From contig CAVPNJ010000012.1 in assembly GCA_963706785.1 (NCBI GenBank), positions 19,253 to 83,252 of the forward strand: a DNA stretch of 64,000 nt, in the 5' to 3' direction. The notes beneath the pieces were generated by a model. The model worked only from the letters and a program-made list of their open reading frames with translations, was not told the DNA's origin and made no database searches. The DNA comes from an uncultured beta proteobacterium. GTDB lineage: Bacteria; Pseudomonadota; Gammaproteobacteria; Burkholderiales; Burkholderiaceae_B. Both the position numbers and the translations under genes were made by a program. Of this stretch, positions 50,756 through 58,892 are shown piece by piece (within the stretch, counting starts at the first letter, position 1; each line of letters begins with the position of its first letter).

Positions 50756-50765
50756 TATACAGTAT
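50756..50765. promoter_or_regulatory. candidate operator, copy 2 of the TATACA(G/A)TAT motif (divergent TauE / permease promoter region)
   Basis: AATATACAGTATACAGTT contains the perfect 11-bp palindrome TATACAGTATA and a tandem TATACAG repeat. Confidence 0.4.
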
Positions 50766-50824
50766 ACAGTTTCTGGGTGTATTAACAATGTTAATTATTT
50801 AGCACCGCTAAAGAGAGAGGCCAA

Positions 50825-52369
50825 ATGCCGTCAGATGCCGTATTGAACATATCCCACTGGATATACCTGTTAAGCGTAGTAGTCATTATTGTGACCATGG
50901 TTCTACGCGCGAACGTTGTGGTGCCGTCCGTTATCGGCACTTTTTTAGTTGTTACCGCTATTACCGGCAATCCTATCAGCGGGCTTATCGGTATCTTCTC
51001 TGCCAGTTTTGTCGCCGCGAAAGAGTTGTTCAATATATTCCTGGTCATCACATTCATGACGGCGCTATTGAATGCACTGAAGGTGATCCAGGCCGATGTC
51101 CGCATGGTCGAGCCCTTTCGCAAAGTCATGACAGGCGGGCCCATCTCTTTTCTCGTGATAGCGCTTTCAACCTATACAATTTCATTGTTCTTCTGGCCGA
51201 CGCCCGCGGTGCCGCTGGTTTCGGCGATATTGCTACCCGCAGCCATTGCAGCCGGCCTGCCCCCCTTAACGGGGGCCATGGTTATTGCCATCGCGGGGCA
51301 GGGCATGGCTCTGTCTTCCGACTATGTCATTGGGGTCGCGCCCGGAATTAGTGCAAAGGCTGCCGGCGCAGCGATCAGTGTTGCGGCGGTTGCCGATCGT
51401 GCATTGGTGCTTTCGCTGATTACGGGCGTCATAGCACTGCTTATCACCTACATGGTGATGCGCAAGGGGTTCAAGCAACCTCACCCCGACTTGTTGGATG
51501 CCTGGCAAGCTCGCGCGGTCGATTCCTCATTAGAGGTCATAGAGAATTCGGGCAGCTTTGATAAAGCGGAGATGGTCCGTGGCCTGGGTTATGGCGATGA
51601 TGCCGACGAGGCGGCAGCCATCGCTGCCGCGGATCGCGCTTTACTCAGTGAAAAGCGAATCAAATGGTCGAAGCTTTTCGCCATCGTCACGCCGTTGGCT
51701 TTCCTGGGTGTAGTGTTCATCATGGTGCTCCCCGGACTCATACCCGGCCTGCCCACACTTCGCGGCGGAGATGCTGCCGGTCTGGTGGGTGGCGTGGCAT
51801 TTGTCTTGATGATGCTGGCGACGCTTGCGGCAGAGGGCCCGCGCAAAATGCTGGACGCCTGTCCCGAGCACATGACTGATGGTTTTGTGTTTGCATTTCG
51901 TGCCATGGGATCGGTATTGCCGATCGCGGGCTTCTTCTTTCTTGGCGCCAACGAGGCAACGGCGCAAATTCTGGGCGTACCGTTGGCCAACGCGCCTGGC
52001 TTGCTGTTCGAATTAATTGTTGCAGGACAGCACCTTATCCCCGATAACCACTTCATGGTCGCCTTTGGCGTGCTGCTGGTAGGCATGATTTCCGGCATCG
52101 ACGGATCCGGATTTTCCGGATTGCCATTGACCGGAACTTTGTCCGGCGCACTTGGACCGGTCGTGGGCATGGATACGGCGACTTTGGCCGCCGTAGGACA
52201 AATGGGCGCGATATGGACCGGAGGCGGTACGTTGATCGCATGGTCTTCCTTGATCGCTGTAGCGGGTTTCGCACGTGTCCACATTCTGGATCTGGTGCGC
52301 GCTTTGATGTTGCCCGTCGTGGTGGCGCTATTCTTGTCCACTATATGTGCGGTCCTTATCTTCAGGTGA
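50825..52369 (+). CDS. large polytopic permease, family unresolved (ion-transporter-superfamily-like)
   Basis: 514 aa with about 12-13 hydrophobic segments and a central hydrophilic loop. It is followed closely by the GGT-like gene. Confidence 0.6.
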   Translation: MPSDAVLNISHWIYLLSVVVIIVTMVLRANVVVPSVIGTFLVVTAITGNPISGLIGIFSASFVAAKELFNIFLVITFMTALLNALKVIQADVRMVEPFRKVMTGGPISFLVIALSTYTISLFFWPTPAVPLVSAILLPAAIAAGLPPLTGAMVIAIAGQGMALSSDYVIGVAPGISAKAAGAAISVAAVADRALVLSLITGVIALLITYMVMRKGFKQPHPDLLDAWQARAVDSSLEVIENSGSFDKAEMVRGLGYGDDADEAAAIAAADRALLSEKRIKWSKLFAIVTPLAFLGVVFIMVLPGLIPGLPTLRGGDAAGLVGGVAFVLMMLATLAAEGPRKMLDACPEHMTDGFVFAFRAMGSVLPIAGFFFLGANEATAQILGVPLANAPGLLFELIVAGQHLIPDNHFMVAFGVLLVGMISGIDGSGFSGLPLTGTLSGALGPVVGMDTATLAAVGQMGAIWTGGGTLIAWSSLIAVAGFARVHILDLVRALMLPVVVALFLSTICAVLIFR

Positions 52370-52412
52370 TGTCGCCTGGTGCGGCACATATAACACAGTG
52401 GTCAATCGAATA

Positions 52413-53873
52413 ATGGAAATAAAGAAAAGCGCAGTCGGCAGAAGAAGCATGGTCGCTACCGGTAATCCCTTGGCGGCCCGGGCAGCGCAAATGATATTGA
52501 ATATGGGCGGCAGTGCGGTCGACGCTGCTATATCGGCTGACGCAGTGCTGGGGGTCGTGGAGCCCATGGCAACCAGCATAGGCGGCGATCTTCTGGCGAT
52601 GATAGTGCAGCCCGATGGCGACGTTCAAAGCTATAACGGAACCGGCAGGTCGCCCGATGCGCTCACGCCCGATTTGGTCGAGGGTTTTGCTGACGCCAGG
52701 ATCCCTGAGCGCCACCCGTTGTCAGTAACAACGCCTGGGGCGGTGCGCGGCTGGCATGATTTGCACGCGCGTTACGGTCGTATGGATTGGGCCCGGCTAT
52801 TCGATACGGCCATACAACTGGCGCAAGAAGGCTTTCCTGTAGCACCGGTCGCGGCCAGGGAATGGGCTCTTTTCGATGGCGTGTTGCACAAGGATCCAAA
52901 CTGCGCTGCGTTATATAAAGCAGGAAATAGTCCTGCGCCCGGAGCCCATTTCCATAATCCCCATTTGGCGCAAGTGTTGCGGCGTATCGCTCAAGAGGGT
53001 TATCAGGCTTTCTATGGGGGTGCCGTGGCAGTCGCCGCATCGAGCGCAGTCCAAGCGATGGGCGGTGTGCTGGATGCGAGCGACTTCGCCAAGCATAGCG
53101 GCAATTATTGCAAGCCGGTCTCTACGGAGTTTGGCAACACCCGGGTGTATCAATGTCCTCCAAACACGCACGGCGTAGCGGTCTTGCACGCGCTGGACGG
53201 TCTTAGTGGGCTAAGTCTGGATCCGGAGGATCCTGCCGGTTTCGTGCAAATCGTCGAGGCAACCGAAAACGCCATGCGTTTCGCCAGTGCAACCGTGTGC
53301 GATCCCGCAGGCAATACCGTTTGCACCGTCGTTGTCGATTCAGATGGCCTGGCAATTACGCTTATGTCCAGCATTTTCAAAAGATTCGGGTCGGGAATTG
53401 TCGTGCCGGGCGGCGGCTTTGTACTGCAGAACCGTGGTTTCGGCTTTTCACCGCCCGGGCATATTAATGGAGTTGCGCCCGGGAAAAGGCCTTATCACAC
53501 CGTCGTACCAGGAGCTTCTACCCGGGATGGAAAATTCTTCTTGAGCATGGGTGTCGTCGGCGGGCTGATGCAACCGCAGGGACAAATCCAAATTCTTAAC
53601 CGGGTACTGGCGTGGGGCGAAGCGTTGCAATCGGCCATCGATGCGCCTCGGTGGCGGCTCGAGGCCGGCGGCACCCTGGCCATTGAAGCAGGCATGCCAG
53701 CTCCGATTGAGGCCTCTTTACGACAAGCTGGCTATAAGTTGCCGGCCACATCGACAGGCGAACTGGGGGGCCGTAGCGATTTTGGCGGTGCGCACGCGGT
53801 ATTGCGCGACGCAGACGGCCTGCTTCACGGGGCTGCCGATCGTAGAAAAGATGGGGTCTCAATAGCCGGATAA
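52413..53873 (+). CDS. gamma-glutamyltransferase family protein (Ntn amidohydrolase)
   Basis: 486 aa from ATG 52413, with no signal peptide. SMVATGNPLAARAAQMILNMGGSAVDAAI..., PAGNTVCTVVVDSDG (autoprocessing Thr region), FGSGIVVPGGGFVLQNRG. Confidence 0.85.
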   Translation: MEIKKSAVGRRSMVATGNPLAARAAQMILNMGGSAVDAAISADAVLGVVEPMATSIGGDLLAMIVQPDGDVQSYNGTGRSPDALTPDLVEGFADARIPERHPLSVTTPGAVRGWHDLHARYGRMDWARLFDTAIQLAQEGFPVAPVAAREWALFDGVLHKDPNCAALYKAGNSPAPGAHFHNPHLAQVLRRIAQEGYQAFYGGAVAVAASSAVQAMGGVLDASDFAKHSGNYCKPVSTEFGNTRVYQCPPNTHGVAVLHALDGLSGLSLDPEDPAGFVQIVEATENAMRFASATVCDPAGNTVCTVVVDSDGLAITLMSSIFKRFGSGIVVPGGGFVLQNRGFGFSPPGHINGVAPGKRPYHTVVPGASTRDGKFFLSMGVVGGLMQPQGQIQILNRVLAWGEALQSAIDAPRWRLEAGGTLAIEAGMPAPIEASLRQAGYKLPATSTGELGGRSDFGGAHAVLRDADGLLHGAADRRKDGVSIAG

Positions 53874-53916
53874 AGACCCTAGCGGGTTTTCCCCAGTATC
53901 AACGCCCCTATCACGG

Positions 53917-53926
53917 TATACAATAT
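53917..53926. promoter_or_regulatory. candidate operator, copy 3 of the TATACA(G/A)TAT motif (upstream of the di-iron protein operon)
   Basis: CGGTATACAATATGCAATGTAATAC lies about 85 nt upstream of ATG 54008. Confidence 0.35.
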
Positions 53927-54007
53927 GCAATGTAATACGTTGATTCGACCCTATGCCGCCAGATGCGGTGTCATGCACGCATGCGTGCGCTCCAAAAAGG
54001 ATAGATC

Positions 54008-54739
54008 ATGGCTGAACTAATGAACCGAGACGAATTTCGCACGGCCCTGGAAACGGCCATCAAAGGCAAAAGCGCCAATGCATCGCCTTTCAGCATCGCA
54101 TGGGCCAGCGGCAAATTAAGCCGCGACCACTTGGCTCGCTGGGCAGAAAACCACTATCACTACGTTGGCCCGTTTGCCGATTACTTGGCTTATGTTTATG
54201 CCCGCACCCCCGATCAATATACGGAAGCCAAAGACTTTCTTCTTGCGAATATGTACGAAGAAGAGATCGGCGGTGATCGCCACACCGATCTTTTGATCCG
54301 TTTTGCCGAAGCCTGCGGAACCACGCGCGAACGTGTAGTTAGCCCAGACAATATGTCGCCAACCACGCGAGCCTTGCAATCGTGGTGCTACGCCGTTGCC
54401 ATGCGCGAAGACCCCATTGTTGCCGTCGCCGGCCTTGTGGTCGGACTGGAATCTCAGGTGCCGTCTATATACCGCAAGCAGACGCCCACCTTGCGCGAAA
54501 AATACGGCTTCAGCGACGAAGAAGTCGAATTCTTCGATTTGCATATTGTATCCGACGAGATTCACGGCGAACGAGGCTATCAGATCGTGCTTGAGCACGC
54601 CAATACGGTGGAATTGCAACAGCGCTGCTTGAAAATTTGCGAGATTGGCGCGGAAATGCGGTTGTTGTATACCACCGCCTTGTATACCGATTATGTGCAG
54701 AAAGAGATCGCTTTGGAAGAGCTGGAAGTGGCAGCTTAA
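54008..54739 (+). CDS. heme-oxygenase-like di-iron protein (CADD/PqqC/TenA-fold, iron-containing redox enzyme family)
   Basis: 243 aa. Candidate ligand set E85-x6-H92 (YEEEIGGDRH), E148 (VGLESQ) and H179-x3-D183-x2-H186 (LHIVSDEIH). This is the same spacing I recall for the Chlamydia CADD di-iron site. Confidence 0.75.
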   Translation: MAELMNRDEFRTALETAIKGKSANASPFSIAWASGKLSRDHLARWAENHYHYVGPFADYLAYVYARTPDQYTEAKDFLLANMYEEEIGGDRHTDLLIRFAEACGTTRERVVSPDNMSPTTRALQSWCYAVAMREDPIVAVAGLVVGLESQVPSIYRKQTPTLREKYGFSDEEVEFFDLHIVSDEIHGERGYQIVLEHANTVELQQRCLKICEIGAEMRLLYTTALYTDYVQKEIALEELEVAA

Positions 54740-54819
54740 TTCTAAGACTTATCAGCAAGATGGCCGCTTTAGCGGCTTCTTGCCGGTACGTTGTAGCCCG
54801 TATTGAAGGAAGTCTGACA

Positions 54820-56280
54820 GTGCACGATCTAAAAAATCAAATATTTCAAAACTATATCGGCGGCAAATGGCTTGCAAGTGTCACCGGAAAAACATACCAG
54901 AATTCTAGCCCGGCTGACACGCGCGATATCGTCGGCAGTTTTCAGGATTCCAACGCCGATGACGCGGCCTTGGCGGTAAAAGCGGCGCAGGATGCGTTCG
55001 ACGGCTGGAAGAATACTCCGATTGCCAAGCGCGCCAAGATATTATTCGCGGCAGCCGACTACCTAGAGGCCCATGCGGATCAAATCGCGGAAGAGCTCAC
55101 CCGAGAAGAGGGCAAGGCGTTAAATCTTAGCCGAGACGAAGTCCTGCGTTCCGCGCAAACCTTGCGCTTCTATGCGGTGGAAGGGCAAACCTTTACAGGC
55201 GAAACCTTTCCACAAGATGATCCCGACATGGTTGTATATACCCAGCGCGAGCCGCTGGGGGTGGTTACCGTGATATCGCCGTGGAATTTTCCGATTTCCA
55301 TTCCTTCTCGAAAAATTGCGCCTGCACTGATCATGGGCAATACCGTGGTCTTCAAGCCGTCCACCGATGCGCCCTTAAGTGGATACCGTTTAGCCGAAGC
55401 CTTCGTCGAGGCCGGCATTCCTCCCGGCGTGCTGAATTTCATTACCGGACGGGCGTCGGCAGTGGGCAAGACCATTACCGAATCGTCTGCGATCCGGGCC
55501 ATATCATTTACTGGTTCGACCGCGGCAGGTGAATTCATTCATCGTTCCGTCGATATGACCACCCGAACTCAAATGGAGCTGGGCGGCAAGAACCCGCTGA
55601 TCGTTCTGGCCGATGCCGATCTGGACAAGGCGGTTGACTTGGTCATTAAAGGCGGCTTTTCGCTAAGTGGCCAGGCCTGCACGGGTACCAGCCGCGTATT
55701 AGTCGAATCGTCGATCAAACAAGTTTTCACAGATAAGCTGCTCGGCAGGATCAAGGCGTTGAAGATCGGCAACGGCATGAAGCCAGGCTTCGACCTTGGC
55801 CCTTTGGCGACACGCGCCCAACTAGACAATGTCCTGTCTTATATCGAAGTGGGCAAGGCAGAAGCGAAACTCTTGATTGGCGGGGATCGCTTGACGGGCG
55901 AAGAGTTCGACCACGGCTATTACATCAGTCCGGCCGTTTTCACCGACGTTACGCAAGATATGCGTATTGCCAGAGAAGAGATCTTCGGTCCGGTCATCGC
56001 CATTATCGAAGTGGCCGACTATGACGATGCCATTGCCAAAGCCAATGACACTCAATATGGTTTGTCGGCGGCAATTGCAACGCGGAACGCGGTATATGCC
56101 CATCGCTTTGCGAACGATATACAGTCAGGTACGGTAAAAATCAACCGCACAACCACAGGCAACTTGATCAATGCGCCTTTTGGTGGCCTGAAGCATTCCA
56201 GTACATCAACGTTCAGGGAATCGGGACGTGTGGGGCTAGAGTTCTACACGCAGACCAAGACTGTTTACAGAGCCGGCTAA
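54820..56280 (+). CDS. NAD(P)-dependent aldehyde dehydrogenase
   Basis: 486 aa from GTG 54820, with GAAGGA upstream (an alternative ATG is at 54760). VISPWNFP, FTGSTAAG, ELGGKNP, catalytic Cys in GQACTGTSR, EEIFGPV. Confidence 0.9.
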   Translation: MHDLKNQIFQNYIGGKWLASVTGKTYQNSSPADTRDIVGSFQDSNADDAALAVKAAQDAFDGWKNTPIAKRAKILFAAADYLEAHADQIAEELTREEGKALNLSRDEVLRSAQTLRFYAVEGQTFTGETFPQDDPDMVVYTQREPLGVVTVISPWNFPISIPSRKIAPALIMGNTVVFKPSTDAPLSGYRLAEAFVEAGIPPGVLNFITGRASAVGKTITESSAIRAISFTGSTAAGEFIHRSVDMTTRTQMELGGKNPLIVLADADLDKAVDLVIKGGFSLSGQACTGTSRVLVESSIKQVFTDKLLGRIKALKIGNGMKPGFDLGPLATRAQLDNVLSYIEVGKAEAKLLIGGDRLTGEEFDHGYYISPAVFTDVTQDMRIAREEIFGPVIAIIEVADYDDAIAKANDTQYGLSAAIATRNAVYAHRFANDIQSGTVKINRTTTGNLINAPFGGLKHSSTSTFRESGRVGLEFYTQTKTVYRAG

Positions 56281-56336
56281 GGCTGAACGGCCAGGCTCTA
56301 TAGCCCCCATTTTTCTAATTCAAGGTGAGGTTGTTA

Positions 56337-56816
56337 ATGAAGAATACTGTGCGTTTGGAAGTGGAAGAAGCCCGTTTGATGGTGGACGCTGCAGTTGCCA
56401 AATCCAAAGAGATCGGCGTGCTCGAAACGATTTGCGTTGTCGATGAAGGGGGGTTCCCCATCATCCTGGAACGCATGAATGGTGCGCGCATAACCGGGCC
56501 GCAAATCGCCTGGAACAAAGCATTCACGGCAGCGGGGCACAAACGCTCGACGCACTTGTTCACCACTCCTCCGAATGGTCCTGCTCTGCCTGGAAACGAA
56601 GCGTTTGGCATTCAGCTTAGTTTCGAGGGCCGGTTTGCAGCCTTTGTGGGTGGTTTCCCCATTGTGATTGATGATGAGGTCATTGGCGGCATAGGCCTAA
56701 GCGGTGGCAATGGCGAGCAGGACACCAAGGCAGGCCTCGCGGGGCTTCAGGCTTTAGCCGACGCGCTAGCGGACAAGGGCATGAAAGTGTTAGTACAGGC
56801 CGATATTAAAAAGTGA
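56337..56816 (+). CDS. GlcG/HbpS-like (DUF336) haem-binding protein
   Basis: 159 aa. ARLMVDAAVAKSKEIGV...ICVVDEGGFPI...GGFPIVIDDEVIGGIGLSGG. Confidence 0.85.
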   Translation: MKNTVRLEVEEARLMVDAAVAKSKEIGVLETICVVDEGGFPIILERMNGARITGPQIAWNKAFTAAGHKRSTHLFTTPPNGPALPGNEAFGIQLSFEGRFAAFVGGFPIVIDDEVIGGIGLSGGNGEQDTKAGLAGLQALADALADKGMKVLVQADIKK

Positions 56817-56878
56817 ACTTTGGCGGCGCGCATGGTGGCCGGTAAGGCGACTGGCATGCAAGCTACAGGAGGCGAATC

Positions 56879-57895
56879 ATGGCGTACCACGTTCATATTG
56901 CAGAAACCGATGAAGGCTTCGAGGTTGGCGACGACGAGTCCATTCTTGAAGCGGCCACGCGCGCCAATGTCAAAATGGCGCATGAGTGCCAGTTGGGCGG
57001 TTGCGGTACTTGCCGTATAAAGCTGCTCGAGGGATCCGTGCGCTACGACGAGTTTCCTATGGCGCTAACCGAGGAAGAGCATTTAGAAGGTTATGCGCTG
57101 GCATGCCAGGCTCGACCCAATGCCGATGTCGTAATCAGCGCGGCAGCCAAGGGCTTGGAATTCGCTTCGGCAGCAGTGGTCGAGGCACGCGTGAAAAGCG
57201 TAGTGCCGCTGACGGCGGATATCACTCATTTGACTCTGCAAGTATCCGAATCAGCGCCACTGGATTACCGCCCGGGTCAGTATATGAATATCCTGCTCGA
57301 GGACGGAAGCGCGCGTAGCTTCTCCATGGCGTCGGCACGTTTGCCAGATAACATGGTCGACTTTCATATTCGCCGCATCCAGGGTGGATTCTTTACCGGC
57401 GAGCAACTGCTTGCCATGCAGCCGCAGATGCCGCTATGTATAGAAATACCATTGGGAACGTTCTGCTATCACGAAGACGATTGGCGGCCTTTGATCATGG
57501 TGGCCACTGGCACGGGCTTGGCGCCCATTAAAGCCATTCTGGAATCATTGCTAGACAACGATGATTGCCCGCCGGTGTCGCTTTATTGGGGCATGCGCTC
57601 CGAGGCAGACCTGTACCTAAGCCAGGAAATCGAATCCTGGCAAGGACGTTTGTACGAATTCAACTTTATACCGGTGCTTTCCCGCGCCGGGGCGGAATGG
57701 CAAGGTCGTCGGGGCTATGTGCAGCATGCTGTTATCGACGACTTTGATGACTTATCCGAGCATGCAGTTTATATGTGTGGTTCTCCCGATATGATCGCCG
57801 AGGCGAAATCCCTGTTCGCGGGCAAAGGCGCAAGCCTGGATCACATCTATTCCGATAGCTTCACATTTCAGAAACCCGTGGCCCTGTTGACCTAA
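56879..57895 (+). CDS. [2Fe-2S] ferredoxin-FAD-NAD(P)H oxidoreductase (three-domain reductase component)
   Basis: 338 aa. Plant-type cluster motif CQLGGCGTC...LACQ, FAD motif RSFS, NAD motif GTGLAP, and C-terminal CGSPDM. The architecture matches the reductases of soluble di-iron monooxygenases and AscD. Confidence 0.88.
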   Translation: MAYHVHIAETDEGFEVGDDESILEAATRANVKMAHECQLGGCGTCRIKLLEGSVRYDEFPMALTEEEHLEGYALACQARPNADVVISAAAKGLEFASAAVVEARVKSVVPLTADITHLTLQVSESAPLDYRPGQYMNILLEDGSARSFSMASARLPDNMVDFHIRRIQGGFFTGEQLLAMQPQMPLCIEIPLGTFCYHEDDWRPLIMVATGTGLAPIKAILESLLDNDDCPPVSLYWGMRSEADLYLSQEIESWQGRLYEFNFIPVLSRAGAEWQGRRGYVQHAVIDDFDDLSEHAVYMCGSPDMIAEAKSLFAGKGASLDHIYSDSFTFQKPVALLT

Positions 57896-57946
57896 CCGTC
57901 TATATCGCCGCTCTTACATCTTAATTTTTCGCCGTGAGCTTACACA

Positions 57947-58255
57947 ATGCCTACAGTTGTTTTCCACAAGGCGGGTCAGACGTATACCGAAGTTGTTAAT
58001 GACAACACCAATCTGGTGGTGCGCGCCGGGATTAAACAATTCCCTTATCCCAATCTGAAATATCAATGCGGCATGGGCAAGTGCGCTACCTGTGCGTGCC
58101 GGGTTATTTCCGGTGGCGAACACCTGCCCCCTGCCAATTGGAAGGAAAAGAAGCAGTTGGGCGAGCGAATCGAGCAGGGATACCGGCTGGTCTGCCAACT
58201 ATGGTTAAGTCATGACATTGAGTTGACGCAGGATATTGCGCCGGCAGCTAAATAA
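57947..58255 (+). CDS. small plant-type [2Fe-2S] ferredoxin-like protein (copy 1)
   Basis: 102 aa. CGMGKCATCAC (C-x4-C-x2-C) and a distal Cys in GYRLVCQ. Confidence 0.8.
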   Translation: MPTVVFHKAGQTYTEVVNDNTNLVVRAGIKQFPYPNLKYQCGMGKCATCACRVISGGEHLPPANWKEKKQLGERIEQGYRLVCQLWLSHDIELTQDIAPAAK

Positions 58256-58270
58256 GATAAAAGGCCAGGT

Positions 58271-58591
58271 ATGTATGTGATTCTAGTGAGCAAACCCGGT
58301 ACGTATCATAGCCAGGTCGGCCCCGAGGCGAAAGTTATTGAATCGTACCAATATCGCTATTGCGGCAAGACCAAGGCTATCTACCAGCTCGTGGAGTTGG
58401 AAGGGGATACCCGCATCCGTATCACCGAGGATGATCCGCCCAATATTGTCAATAGCGTGCCCTCCAAGTTCCTGGAAAAATTCGACACGATAGAACAGGC
58501 GCGGGCCGAACTAAATCATTTGGCGCAGTTTGGCGGCCAGGATGCGGCGATGGTGCGCTGCGATAACGAGCGTCCTACGGGAATAATTTAA
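58271..58591 (+). CDS. hypothetical 106-aa protein between the two ferredoxin genes
   Basis: It is tightly packed in the operon (15 nt after ferredoxin 1, 2 nt before ferredoxin 2). The composition is protein-like and soluble. I recognise no motif. Confidence 0.6.
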   Translation: MYVILVSKPGTYHSQVGPEAKVIESYQYRYCGKTKAIYQLVELEGDTRIRITEDDPPNIVNSVPSKFLEKFDTIEQARAELNHLAQFGGQDAAMVRCDNERPTGII

Positions 58592-58593
58592 CT

Positions 58594-58872
58594 ATGGTTG
58601 AAATCACCTTCATCAACAATAACGGCTTGGTCGCTGCGGCCCCCGAAAACAGTAATCTACTTCGTGTGTCGATCAAGGAAAGAGGCGGCATTCCGTTCAA
58701 GTGCGGAGGGGGGCTTTGCGGTACATGCAAGTGCCACATCGTAGAAGGCATTGAAAATACCGACAAAATCAAGCCGAAAGAACGCAAGCACTTGAAACCT
58801 GAAGACTTTGAAAAGGGTTATCGCATGGCGTGCCAGACGTTTGTCATGGGAAATATCAAGGTTGCTTGGTAA
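58594..58872 (+). CDS. small plant-type [2Fe-2S] ferredoxin-like protein (copy 2)
   Basis: 92 aa. CGGGLCGTCKC and GYRMACQ. A clear paralogue of the 57947 protein. Confidence 0.8.
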   Translation: MVEITFINNNGLVAAAPENSNLLRVSIKERGGIPFKCGGGLCGTCKCHIVEGIENTDKIKPKERKHLKPEDFEKGYRMACQTFVMGNIKVAW

Positions 58873-58892
58873 AGCCGCAAGGAAGTCGATCT

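Noticed and set aside
51589-52389. 266-aa ORF on the minus strand, antisense to the 514-aa permease gene
   Set aside because: It is Arg/Pro/Ala/Ser-rich with no motifs and lies entirely inside a well-supported gene on the other strand. This is a typical GC-rich shadow ORF. The same reasoning applies to 13322-13984 (+), 18068-18802 (+), 45856-46551 (+), 2459-3265 (+), 10216-10860 (+) and 60498-61091 (+).
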